DNA of 64,000 nt from Heptranchias perlo (Eukaryota), in NCBI RefSeq assembly GCF_035084215.1, contig NW_027139623.1, positions 2,170,001 through 2,234,000 on the forward strand, given 5' to 3'. A program made the position numbers and the translations under genes. The notes beneath the pieces are model-generated. The model did not search any database, was not told where the DNA came from, and saw only the letters and a program-made list of their open reading frames with translations. This document shows, piece after piece, positions 1-11,768 of the stretch (positions are counted from its first letter, which is position 1; the number at the start of each line of letters is the position of its first letter).

Positions 1-482
1 ATTGGTGATTTCGCCGCCTTTTTCGTGGTCGATTTCTTGACCGCTGGTTTCTTGGCCGTTAATTTCTTGACGGCTGTTTTTTTGGCCGCTGGTTTCTTTC
101 CGGGAGATTTCTTGGTCACTTGTTTCTTCACCTTCTTTAACACTTTTGCCTGGGTTTCCTTCTTAGCGACTCTGAAGGAGCCCGAGGCGCCCGTGCCCTT
201 GATCTGCACCAGGGAGCCTTTTTCCACATTTCTCTTGATACTTAATTTGATCTGGGACCGGAGCTTCTCCACATTCAGGCCTTTGGTAGCCAGAACCTTC
301 TTTATCGCGGCCAGGGATATCCCCTTGCGATCCTTGCAATCCCCCACAATCTTGAGGATCTGTTCTCCCAACGGGGGACCGGTGGACTTGGGTCGGGGAA
401 CCGCCTTCTTCTTCTTCGGAGCCTTGGGTGGAGCGGCGGCGGCGGCAGGAGGAGCCGTTTCTGCGGCTGCAGTGTCTGTCAT
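1..482 (-). CDS. H1: Histone H1, copy 1 (3' end runs off the window)
   Basis: ATG at 482-480 (MTDTAAAETAPP); near-identical to the complete H1 ORFs at 31135-31752 and 52983-53600; globular-domain motif GSLVQIKGTGASGSFRV and Lys-rich tail. Confidence 0.93.
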   Translation of the reverse strand, partial: MTDTAAAETAPPAAAAAPPKAPKKKKAVPRPKSTGPPLGEQILKIVGDCKDRKGISLAAIKKVLATKGLNVEKLRSQIKLSIKRNVEKGSLVQIKGTGASGSFRVAKKETQAKVLKKVKKQVTKKSPGKKPAAKKTAVKKLTAKKPAVKKSTTKKAAKSP

Positions 483-2257
483 GTCCGGGACTCTGTCGAA
501 AATCTCTCTGACAGTCAGAGCTGGGTCAGAAATGAAACGAGAGGCGGCGGCACAGAGCAACTTAAAGGCACAGAGCGGACGGGGCGGAGACATCCTGCTG
601 TCAGCTCCCGGCCCCTCCAGCCTCTCTGTGTTTCTCTCTCCTCTTAAACTCCCCGATTCCAATTCAAATCGGGCACTCCAGAGTCCCAGACTAGCCCCTT
701 CCTATCTCTAACACCGGTATGTTTGCTGTCGATAAACTTTCACCGGAATTAAAAGCACCAGTTTCGATTTAAACCCGTTTCATTGCTGCACTGATCGCGC
801 TCTCTCACCCGATCGCTGACATGATCTCCGTTTTTCGGCTGAAATCTTGAATTGATCTGAAACTTTACCTTAAATTTCCACTTCGGAGCTCGGCAGGGGA
901 GGAGGGCGATCCTTTCACAGGGATTTTTTTTTATTTTACTCCAAATAGACTTGGAAATCCGGCGATGAGACCGGCCACACAAACACAGTGACATTAATCT
1001 AACCCGCCCGCCCGTTTAACACACTCTCTCTGACACAATGTTCACATTTTCACATTCACAGGACAAACTGTTCGCCAGATTGACAATTCCCGGGACCGGC
1101 TTACCTCCCCGCTCGGCCTGTGCTGCAGATTCTCGGGGGTTAGTTGTAGTTTCCCAGCTCAGTAACTGTTAAACACTCTGAGGCCGGCGCTCCTCACAGT
1201 GTCTGGTCCCCAGATTCAGGGACAGGAGCCAATCACAGCTGTGGATGTGATTATCCATATCTGGTTTTACATGATTATATTATTCACACACAGCAATATG
1301 TTTGGTTGAGACGATAATACAAATTATCCGCTCTGGGCTCCTCCAGTCTCTCTGTCTTTCTTTCCCTCCTCCTGAACTGGTGTCCTATCCGTCCCATTCT
1401 CAACACCCAGTTACTGAATAAATTCAACATTCATAGGCAGTCCAGTTTCAGACAGTTACAGGCTGTTTCTCTCCACCTTTCCTTACTCGACTGGAGACTG
1501 ATAAATGCACCGTCAGACCGGCTCATACAGAATAGAAGGGACAGTGACCGTCTCAACAACAGCACCGGAGGTCTGTTCACAGACACAGAATCAGTCTTTA
1601 CCTTCCAACAGGATGTTCATATTACGTTCAATAACACTATCCCGCTCTCATGTACAGCGCTAGAGATAGAGAAATACAGACGGACAGATAAAGAGACAGA
1701 CAGAGACAGGCACACAGACAAAGTATCATTCTCACACTTCCTCTCAGTGTGTCCGTTTCACACTCAGCAAACAGTATCCCACCTTCGTGTACAGCGCCAG
1801 AGAGATACAGACAGGCAGAGTATCAGCCATACGCTTCCCATCAGTGTCTCTGTTTCACGCTCAGCAGCAGTATTCCACCTTCATATGTTGCACAAAAGAG
1901 AGAGAAAAACTGACCTGCAATGTCCCGTTTTCACCCAGTAACAAATTGGAAAATACTCCATTCCAATTGCCATTCCAAGCTGGAGTGACAGAAGATGCAG
2001 TCTCATCTCTCACTGATATTATTTCTGAGACAGACACATTATTAATCCCACTCTCAGGGACAGTGTCACGCATTTAACCCTCTCTTGCATGTTGTACCCT
2101 CTGCAATTTTGCAGCTCAGGGCCCTTCTGTATTTCTCTCAGTGACCGAGAGTTTCACTCCGATTGAAATAAACTGGGACTGTAGCAGTCAGATATTAATC
2201 CGACACGGTCCCAGCAAATACACCGACTCCCACTTTCCTCCCATGTTTCTCCAGGAT

Positions 2258-2384
2258 GAAATCCTCTCATTTCGAGGATTTCATTTTCACATCGTTCACC
2301 TGACGAAGGAGGAAGCCTCCGAAAGCTTGTGAATTTAAAATAAAATTGCTGGACTATAACTTGGTGTTGTAAAATTGTTTACAA
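2258..2384 (+). mobile_element. Short Penelope-like element fragment with hammerhead-like core, 11-bp TSD
   Basis: TTCTCCAGGAT at 2247-2257 and 2385-2395; insert absent from paralogous cassettes at ~33550 and ~58155; CTGACGA-stem-GAAA at 2300-2324. Confidence 0.78.
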
Positions 2385-2781
2385 TTCTCCAGGATTGGTT
2401 GGAGGAATCCGGCCTCCAGATACGGAGTCACAAGTTTCTTTATCAGTAACGGGACCAAGAATGAACAGAACCAATTGGCTCATTTCACAGCCGCCCACTT
2501 TATCTCTGAAAGACTCTTTTCCATCAAAAGATACCGAGAGAAACAGCAGGGATGGAAACATCTAGTTTAATAGTTAGAGATTGGAAAGTCAGTCTGATTT
2601 CCAGCGTTAGGCACTGGTGGAATCCCATCTGTTTTCCATTCTGGTGCCTGTTCCTGCACTGCCTGTGGACCCCATTCCCTCTGACCTTTCCCCCAGACCC
2701 ACTTCCTTTGCTCAGACTCGGAAAAATTCCAATTGGGGAAAGTTTCCATCGATTTTTGTATTGGGAATTAAACCAGATATC

Positions 2782-2905
2782 TGCGCATGCGTGACTCAGC
2801 CCCGCCCCCAGCGCTGGTCGTCGGTGAACGGAAGAGCGCATGCGCGCTCCCCTCCCCCAGCTCGGCCTGTGGGCGCCATTCCCTCAGTGAGCGGAAGAAG
2901 ATGGT
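2782..2905 (+). promoter_or_regulatory. CpG-rich promoter: two NRF1-like sites, AP-1, ETS (CGGAAG), YY1-like (AAGATGG)
   Basis: TGCGCATGCG 2782-2791, TGACTCA 2792-2798, GCGCATGCGC 2836-2845, GCGGAAGAAGATGG ~2890-2903; repeated at ~33945 and ~58549. Confidence 0.65.
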
Positions 2906-3793
2906 TTAAAACAGCCGGGAATGGAGAGATCACGGCCCCCGGGGGAAGGGAGCAAAGAGCAGCCTCGTTACAGCAGCTCATCGCTTCGGGACCGTGTCCG
3001 CAGATGGGCTCAGAGATCGGCATTGAGTCCGGGGGAAGGTCAGGGGGAGTCCGGGGGCTGTTTGTAAGAGGCGGAGTGGATCAGGAACTGGTCCTGGAAC
3101 ATGGAGTGAGCGGGGGAAGGGAGAGGTCATTCTCGGGCTGTGTGTGTACAGGGTGTGTCCAGGGTAAGGGAGACAGAATGGGAAGAACCTGCTATTTAAA
3201 ATCATTGCTGCTTTCTCTCCCCAAATCAGTAGTGAATGTTCCTGGTTTAGTTCCAGTCTCACCCTGTTACTGGACAGTGAACAGTCAGGATGTGGGGAGT
3301 TATACAAGCAGTATCTATTGCAGGCATCAGGTGAGAAGTGTGAAGGACACATTTTAAACAGCGGTTGTTTGGTTTGGGGTGAACGGCTAGTCCCATGGGA
3401 GAGGAGTTGAGAAACCTGACCTGTACAAAGGTCCCTGCCCCATCGGGTAGTCCAATTCACGGATCAGTGCAGGGGTTGTGTTGTGTCTGGATGTCACTAA
3501 ATTGTTATAAAATCGTCCAACACACCGGGTGTGCAGAAGCTGAGTGCTGCAGTACTGCAGTGGAGTCAGACATTGACACTGTTTGTATCACTGGTTTTCA
3601 TTTGTGGATATTCAAAATGATCATTAACAGAGATATTAAACTGATCACTTTTGTATTTTCTACCTCACCTGTTCCTGAGTAATAAGAGATAATTTTCTTT
3701 CCACAGGCAAATCCTTGAAGGATCCAGAATAAATGTGATGTTTCCTCCACCCGAGGCAAAAGAAACAGTGCAGCCAGCTCCTTCTCACACACA
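2870..3793 (+). other. Putative non-coding exons (about 2870-3163, 3278-3330, 3707-3793), probable 5'UTR of the downstream ZNF gene
   Basis: Donor AGG|GTAAGG at 3164; CTCAC...GGACAG| acceptor 3277; donor CAG|GTGAGA at 3331; TTTTCTTTCCACAG| acceptor 3706; donor ACA|GTAAGT at 3794; start coordinate is a guess. Confidence 0.5.
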
Positions 3794-4249
3794 GTAAGTA
3801 CATTATCACACACACAGAGCACGGAGTCACAGACAGGTCATCAGTTCCACAGTCTCAGATAGCAGAAGTAGTCAGTACCACACTGATCCCAAGACCCAGA
3901 GACACATTTTCAATCCAACCATCAAACAGAGCAGGTGAAGTAGATACTGTTCCATTTCTCCCAAACTCAGTTCCGCTGACAGGGAAATACAAAAATCCCA
4001 GTCAAAATCACACTCTCAGATTGAAAGGCACTGTGTCAATCTCACAATTGTGCAACATTAAATACCAGATAGAAATCACACATGGTACCCGATTGAAAGG
4101 GACAGAATGAACCCCAATAATGTACCCTGAGATTCCAATTGAATACCACCCCACAACTCACAAATGTGAGTTTAATACATGCAGTATCCATTCGATTAAT
4201 GTATCATGAGGTACAAACTGCAGACATGTCCAAAACTCATGTAGAGTAT

Positions 4250-7200
4250 CAGACTGAGAAATGTTGTGACAGTCGAACCTGAAAAACAAATGAGAAACCA
4301 GTTTATAATACACATAGTATGAGATGTAAATACACAGTATCAATTCTATTAGTGCACACTGAGATACACATTACATACCAGTCCAAAAATCTCATACAAT
4401 ATTAGACTGAAAGGCACAGTATCGATTACAATAGTACAGACTGAGCTGCACATTATATACCAATTCCAAAATCACTATATCAGTTTGAAATATATGTTAT
4501 CATTCACAATAGTACACAAAGATATTGATTTAATAGTAGTCCAAAAAGCACACAAATTATCTGATTAAAAACCTCCAGCACCAAATCCTAAAGTATATCC
4601 ATATTTACCAATTAAATGAAAAAAACTATTTAAACATGAAGATATTAAAGCTGCAGTATTGAACACCATAATGTAATCTGAGACAATAATTATAGACAGA
4701 TGCAGAATAAATCTCACACTCTTATGGTACCAATGTTGACAGAGAATGTATCCCAAACTCTCATAATGTACCAGAGACTGGCAGATAAAGTATGAATCCC
4801 ACACTCACACAGCATCAGAGACTGTATATATCAAATGAATCGCAAACTCAAACACACTACTGACAAGATACACAATGAATCCCACACAGTATCACGGACT
4901 GAGAGATACAAAATGAATCTCTCAGTCACCTACATTAGTGCAGGCTGAGTTACAAATTAGGGACCAGTCCACAAATCTCAGTGTCAGGTTGAAAGATACA
5001 GTACCAATTCCATTAGTGCAGACTGAGCTACATATTAATTACCAATACAAAAGACCAATGCAGATTCAGACTGAAATATACAGTATTCCATTTATGCAGA
5101 CTGAGCAACACATTGTATATAAGTTCAACATGTCACCATGTCAGTTTGGAAGATACACTGTATCACAATTGTGTTCACATTGATGCAGATTTAATCGTAG
5201 CCAAAAAGTGCAGTGATTCTCTGATTATAACCTACAGCATCACATTTTAACGTATATAATTACTTACCACTTAAACACTGGGAAAAATTATTTATACATT
5301 TATGTATTAAAGATACAGGTTTGAATGCCATGCTGTGAAATGAGATACAAATTAGATACAGATAAAGAATGAATCTCATACTCAGATCCAGTGCCAGAGA
5401 CTGACATAAAGAATGAATCCCTCACTCATACAATGTACCACTGACTGACAGATACAAAATGAATCCCACACTAACATACAGTAGCACAGACTGACAGATA
5501 CAGTATATATATCACTCATATACAGTATCAGAGATTGATGGAAATGGAATGAATGTCTCACTCACATGCAGCACCAGAGACTGACAGATATGGAATTAAT
5601 CCCAAATTCACACATGGTGCCAGAGACTGACAGGAACAGAATGAATCTCATTCAGATACAGTTCAAGGGGCTGACATATATAGAATGAATCCCACACTCA
5701 CACACAGTACCACAGGCTGACAGAATCAGAATGAATCACAAAGTACCACAGTCAAACAAATACAGAATGAATCTCTAAGTCAAATCACTGCAGACTGAGT
5801 TACACACAACATGCCAGTCCAAAAATCTTCGTGTCAGATTGAAAGATAATGTATCAATTCCATTAGTGCAGACTGAGCCAAACATTATATAGCAGTCCAA
5901 CACTGTCAGACCATATCAGACTCAAAGATACAACATCAATTCCATTAGCATGTACTGAGCTACATGTTACACACCAGTCCAAAAATCTCATACAGTAACA
6001 GACTGATAGATACATTATCAATTCTATTAGTGCAGGCTGAGCTATATATTACATTCCAGTCCAAAAATCTCAGTGTCAGACTGAGATACAGAATTAATTC
6101 CATTATTATAGACTGAGCTACACATTATATACCAGTTAAATAATTTCACCATGGAGAGATTGAAAGGTACATTATCATTCACAACAGAGTTCAGAGATGA
6201 AGATGTAATACACTCACAAACATTGTTTGATTAAAGAAAATCCAAAAGTGTATCAATATTTACAAATTAAACACTTGATAAAAAACGGCATATACTTTAA
6301 AGTATTAAAGATATAGTTTCAAATACAATAATATAAACTGAAATAAGAACACAGAATGAATCCAGACTTGCACATTGTCTCAGAGACTGAATTATAGAAT
6401 AAAACCCAGACTGAGATAAATTGGCTGAGACTGACAGATACAGAATGTATCCTAAACTCATATACAGTATCAGAGACTGACAGATACAGAATAAAGCCCA
6501 CATTCACATGCAGCACCAGAGACAGACAGAAACAGAATGAATCCCACACTAAGACACAGTACCAGAGACAGACAGAAACAGAATGAATCCCACACTCACA
6601 CACAGTACCAAAGGCAGACAGATACAGAATAAACCCCATACTCATGTGCAGTACCAGATACAGACAGGTACAGAATAAACCCCACACTTATATACAGTAT
6701 CAGAGACTGAAAAATACAGAATAAACCGCACACTCATATACAGCACCAGAGACAGACAGAAGCAGAATAAACCTGCCACTCGCATACAGTACCCGTTACA
6801 GACAGATACAGAATAAACCCCACACACGTACAGTACCACAGACTGACAGGCACAGAATGAATCCCACACTCACACACAGTACCAGACACTGAAAGATACA
6901 GAATAATCCTCACATTCATATACAGTACCAGAAACAGACGAATAAAGAATAAACCCCACACTCATTTGCAGTACCAGAGACAGACAGATACAGAATGAAT
7001 CCCAAATTCACACACAGTACCAGAGACTGACAGATACAGAATGAATCCCAAATTCACACAAGGTACCAGAGACTGACATACACTGAATAAACCCCACACT
7101 CATTTCCAGTACCAGAGACTGACAGATACAGTATATACCCCCCACTCATTTGCAGCTCAAGAGACTGACAGATACAGAATAAACCCCACACTCATATACA

Positions 7201-7930
7201 GTACGAGAGACTGATAGGCACAGAATGAATCCCACACACACACAACACCAGAGACTGACAGATACAGAATAAACCCCACACTCATATGCAGCACCAGAGA
7301 CTGACAGATACAGAATAAACCCCACACTCATATACAGTACCAGAGACTGACAGATACGGAATGTGTGAATTTGGGATTCACAGTATCGGAGACAGACAGA
7401 TACAGAATAAACCCCAAACACATCGACAGTATCAGAGACACACAATTACAGAATAAACCCCACACTGACACACAGTTCCAGAGACTGACAGATACAGAAT
7501 AAACCTCACACTCATGTACAGTATCAGAGACTGACTTATACAGAATGAATCTTATACTCACACACAATACCAGAGACTGACAGATACAGAATAAAGCCCA
7601 ACCTCATATACTGTACCAGAGACAGATAAATACAAAATAAACACCAAACACATCTACAGTATCGGAGATAGACAGATAGAGAATAAACACCACACTCACA
7701 CACAGTACCAGAGACAGACACAGAATAAAAGCTACACTCACACACAGTACCAGAGACAGACAGATACAGAATAAAACCTACACTCACACACAGTACCAGA
7801 GACAGACAGGCACAGAATAAACCCCACACTCACACACAGTACCAGAGAGTGAAAAATACAGAATAAACACCAAACTCTTGTACAGGATCAGAGACTGACA
7901 GATACAGAATAAACCCCACAATCATGTAAA
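4250..7930 (+). repeat. Composite minisatellite: blocks of ~82-bp and ~46-bp units
   Basis: 46-mer consensus ATGAATCCCACACTCACACACAGTACCAGAGACTGACAGATACAGA; ~82-mer consensus CAGACTGAGCTACACATTATATACCAGTCCAAAAATCTCATACAGTATCAGATTGAAAGATACAGTATCAATTCCATTAGTG. Confidence 0.9.
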
Positions 7931-7949
7931 GTGCCAGGAAAAATTGTTT

Positions 7950-9250
7950 GGTTAGTGAGTGTCTGTAAATGAAGGAAACATGTTGTCTGGTAAGGGAGTG
8001 TCTATACATGAAGGAAAAACGGTGAAGGGTCAGGGAATATCTATAAATGAAAGAGAAATGGTGACAGGTCAGGGATTGTCGAAAATGAAGGTGAAATGGT
8101 TTCTGGTAAGGGAATATTATAAATGGGAGAAGACATGGTGACAGGTCAGGGAGTGTCTAAAAATGAAGGCGAAATGGTGACGGGTGACGGAGTGTCCATA
8201 AAGGAGGGAGAAATGGTGACAGATGAGGCAGAGTCTGTAAATGATGGAGAAATGGTGACTTGTCAGAGGGTGTCTGTAAATGAAGGGGGAATGGTGACTG
8301 GTCCGGGAGTGTCTGTAAATGAAGGAGGAATGGTGATTGGTCCGGGAGTGTCTGTAAATGAAGGAGGAATGGTGATTGGTCCGGGAGTGTCTGTAAATGC
8401 AGGAGAATTGTTGACAGGTCAGGTAGTGTCGATATCTGAAGGAGAAACAGTGATGGGTCAGGGAGCGTCTATTAATGAAGGGAAATGCTGACGGGTCAGG
8501 GAGAGTTTGTAAATGAAGGAGAAATGCTGAAGGGTCAGGAAGCGTCTATAAACGTAGGAGAAATTGTGTTTGATCAGGGAATGTCTGAAAATGAAGGCGA
8601 AATGGTGACTGGTCAGGGGGTTTCTGTGAATGAAGGAGGAATGGTGATTGGTCAGGGGGTGTCTGTAAATGAAGGAGGAATGGTGATTGGTCAGGGGGTG
8701 TCTGTAAATGAAGGAGGAATGGTGACTGGTCAGGGGGTGTCTGTAAATGAAGGAGGAACGGTGACTGGTGCGGGAGTGTCTGTAAATGAAGGCGAAATGG
8801 TGACTGGTCAGGGGGTGTCTGTAAATGAAGGAGAAATGGTGACTGGTCAGGGGGTGTCTGCAAATGAAGGAGAAATGGTGACTGGTCAGGGGGTGTCTGT
8901 AAATGAAGGAGGAACGGTGACTGGTGCGGGAGTGTCTGTAAATGAAGGCGAAATGGTGACTGGTCAGGGAGTGTCTGTAAATGCAGGAGAATTGTTGACA
9001 GGTCAGGGAGTGTCGACATCTGAAGGACAAAAAGTGATGGGTCAGGGAGTGTCTATTAATGAAGGGACATGCTGACGGGTCAGGGAGAGTTTGCAAATGA
9101 AGGAGAAATGCTGAAGGGTCAGGGAGCGTCTATAAATGTAGGAGAAATTGTGTTTGATCAGGGAGCGTCTGAAAATGAAGGAGAAATTGTGATAGGTCAA
9201 GGAAAATCTTTAAGTGAAGGAGAAATGGTGACTGGTCAGGGAGAGTCTTT
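7950..9250 (+). repeat. 39-bp minisatellite (about 33 units) with a 584-bp higher-order duplication
   Basis: Unit GAAGGAGAAATGGTGACTGGTCAGGGGGTGTCTGTAAAT; translates as EGEMVTGQGVSVN repeats, broken by the same 1-bp frameshift near 8486 and 9070. Confidence 0.9.
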
Positions 9251-9344
9251 TGCCAAAATTGGGAGATATCACAGATGGACGGCATACAGGCAGCTATAGG
9301 GAGGGACATTGTGTGGAAATGAGGGGCAGAGCATATACACACAG

Positions 9345-9550
9345 CCAGAGTCAACATATTCAGGAGAGGAGAGGGGAATCAGTGAGTGTGGAACTGAATC
9401 CAACCAGAGTCAGCAACTTCAGGGGAGGAGAGGGAGGGGAACCAGTGAGTGTAGAACTGAACCCAGTCAGAGTCAGCACCTTCAGGGGAGGAGAGGGAGG
9501 GGAACCACTGAGTGCAGAACTGAACCCAGTCACAGTCGGGATCTTCAGGA
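9345..9550 (+). repeat. About three copies of a 63-bp tandem repeat
   Basis: CAGAGTCAGCACCTTCAGGGGAGGAGAGGGAGGGGAACCAGTGAGTGTAGAACTGAACCCAGT repeated. Confidence 0.8.
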
Positions 9551-10018
9551 GAGAGAGAAAACTTAAATAGAAGGAAAAATGTTGGAGGTGGTGCGATGGG
9601 TTTGGGTTCCAGCAGAGGGAGGAGGGTGAGTGTGTGGGACGGGGATTTACAGTCTGGGGGAATGAGCGGGAAGAATGTTCCACAGGAACTGGAATTGCCT
9701 GTTCTGAATTTCTATCCTGTATTCACAGTGAGGACTTTTGTTATCTCCTTTTACAGGGTATTACAAGGGGCGGATTTGCAGACGAGAAACTCAAACCAAA
9801 CATCACGTCAAGATCTGACTCCATTCACCAGCACCTGAAGATTATCGGCCTTAAAATATAGGAGAAATGTTGATCTGTTCTATCTGTGGAAAAGATTTCA
9901 AACATCACTGTGACTGCAATAGCAGCGAGACACACACACCCGATTGAGAGTGTTCCAGTGCACTGACTGTGGGAAGAGCTTTCACCAGTTACACAGCCTG
10001 AAGAAGGACACCCGCACC

Positions 10019-11113
10019 ATGGAGAAACCGTCGAAATGTGGGGACTGTGGGAGGGGATTCAGTTACTCATCCCGGCTGGAAACACATCGACGCAGACACA
10101 CTGGAGAGAGGCCGTTCACCTGCTCCGTGTGTGGGAGCGGATTCACTCAGTCATCCCACCTCACTGAACATCAACTTGTTCACACTGATAAGAGACTTTT
10201 TAAATGTTCTGTCTGTGAGAAGAGCTTTAAAAGAAAAAGTGATCTGCTGACACACCAACGCACTCACACTGGGGAGACGCCGTTCACCTGCACTAAGTGC
10301 GGGAAGGGATTCACTCAGTCATCCAACCTGCTGACACACCAGCGAATTCACACTGGGGAGAGGCCGTTCACCTGCTCCGTGTGTGGGAGCGGATTCACTC
10401 AATCTTCCCACCTCATTGAACATCAGCTTGTTCACACTGATAAGAGACTTTTTAAATGCTCTGTCTGTGAGAAAAGCTTTAAAAGAAAAAGTGATCTGCT
10501 GACACACCAACGCACTCACACTGGGGAGAGGCCGTTCACCTGCTCCGTGTGTGGGAAGGGATTCACTCGGTCATCCAGCCTACTGACACACCAGCGAGTC
10601 CACACTGGGGAGAGGCTGTTCACCTGCTCCGTGTGTGGGAAGAGTTTCACTCGATCATCCCACCTGCTGAGACATCAGCAAGTTCACACTGGTGAGAGGC
10701 CATTCACCTGCTTCATATGTGGGAAGGGATTCGCTCAGTCATCCACCCTGCTTACACACCAGCGAGTTCACACAGGGCAGAGGCCGTTCACCTGCTTCAT
10801 ATGTGGGAAGAGATTCACTCAATCATCCACCCTGCTGACACACCAGCGAGTTCACACTGGGGAGAGGCCATTCACCTGCTCCGTGTGTGGGAAGGAATTC
10901 ACTTGTTCATCCGGCCTCATTGAACACCAACTTGTTCACACTGATAAGAGACCCTTTAAATGTTCTAACTGTGAGAAGAGCTTTAAAAGAACTTGGGATC
11001 TGCTGAGACATGAACGTATTCACACTGGGGAGAGGCCGATCACCTGCTCCGTGTGTGGGATGGGATTCACTCAGTCTTCCCACCTGCTGAGTCACCAGCG
11101 AGTTCACATGTGA
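10019..11113 (+). CDS. C2H2 zinc-finger protein, 13 tandem fingers, no effector domain in this exon
   Basis: ATG at 10019 ([10 protein letters not shown]), 364 aa, TGERPF linkers; degenerate finger upstream (9944-10018); acceptor TTATCTCCTTTTACAG ending 9756. Confidence 0.9.
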   Translation: MEKPSKCGDCGRGFSYSSRLETHRRRHTGERPFTCSVCGSGFTQSSHLTEHQLVHTDKRLFKCSVCEKSFKRKSDLLTHQRTHTGETPFTCTKCGKGFTQSSNLLTHQRIHTGERPFTCSVCGSGFTQSSHLIEHQLVHTDKRLFKCSVCEKSFKRKSDLLTHQRTHTGERPFTCSVCGKGFTRSSSLLTHQRVHTGERLFTCSVCGKSFTRSSHLLRHQQVHTGERPFTCFICGKGFAQSSTLLTHQRVHTGQRPFTCFICGKRFTQSSTLLTHQRVHTGERPFTCSVCGKEFTCSSGLIEHQLVHTDKRPFKCSNCEKSFKRTWDLLRHERIHTGERPITCSVCGMGFTQSSHLLSHQRVHM

Positions 11114-11449
11114 CTGCAGGGGATGGATTCTGCTGTTATTGCTGATGTTAATCACATCCAGGACTGAACCATGTTCATTCTGACAGTTGGGGTTTGTTTC
11201 TGATGTTAAACTCCAGCCCAGTTAAAGGGATTATTAATATTCTGTACAAGTGTCAAATTAATCAGCTTTCTTTCAAACACAGTGTGTCCAGTCCTTGATA
11301 TCTTGATGATAAGAGAAGCAGTTTGAGGACTCATGATGAAGTGAGTGGAATCCATCTTAGAACTGAGTTCCTCCACCATTTTAAAAGATGGATCGACAAA
11401 TGTCCAACTCTGACAGGACAGAAAATTCTATTATATCACACGGTCCACT

Positions 11450-11765
11450 TCAATCAGGCTGAGCAGATTTCCACTACCCTTGTGTGGGAAAGAGTTTCCT
11501 GATTTCAATCCAAGACACCCGAGCTCTAAATTTAAGTTTATGTCCTCTTGTTCTGGATTCACCGACGAGAGAAAATAGTTTCTATTTCGACCCTATCGAA
11601 TCCCTTTATAATTTTAAATATCTGGATCAGATCACCCCTCAACCTTCTAAACTCAAGGGAATGCAAACCAAGTTTATGCAACCGGTCCTTATAATTGAAC
11701 CCTTCAAGCCCCAGTGTCATTCTGGTGAATTTGCACTGTACCCCCTCCAAGGTCAATATATCCAA
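11450..11765 (-). mobile_element. CR1-type LINE 3' fragment
   Basis: Minus-strand peptide YKDRLHKLGLHSLEFRRLRGDLIQIFKIIKGFD, typical of the CR1 ORF2 C-terminus. Confidence 0.85.
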
Positions 11766-11768
11766 TAT

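Larger units (their letters stand above)
1..4250. repeat. Segmental duplication cassette (H1 + upstream region + NRF1-type promoter + small exons), copy A
   Basis: Colinear high-identity matches to ~31270-35450 (direct), ~51290-53465 (inverted, partial) and ~56975-59900 (direct, no H1). Confidence 0.88.

Noticed and set aside
25-711. Long hydrophobic ORFs (also 31100-31981, 53033-53635, 46469-46975, 49217-49753)
   Set aside because: Antisense shadows of histone genes
2617-3357. 246-aa ORF across the NRF1 promoter cassette
   Set aside because: Non-ATG start, no recognisable domain, frame not preserved in paralogous copies
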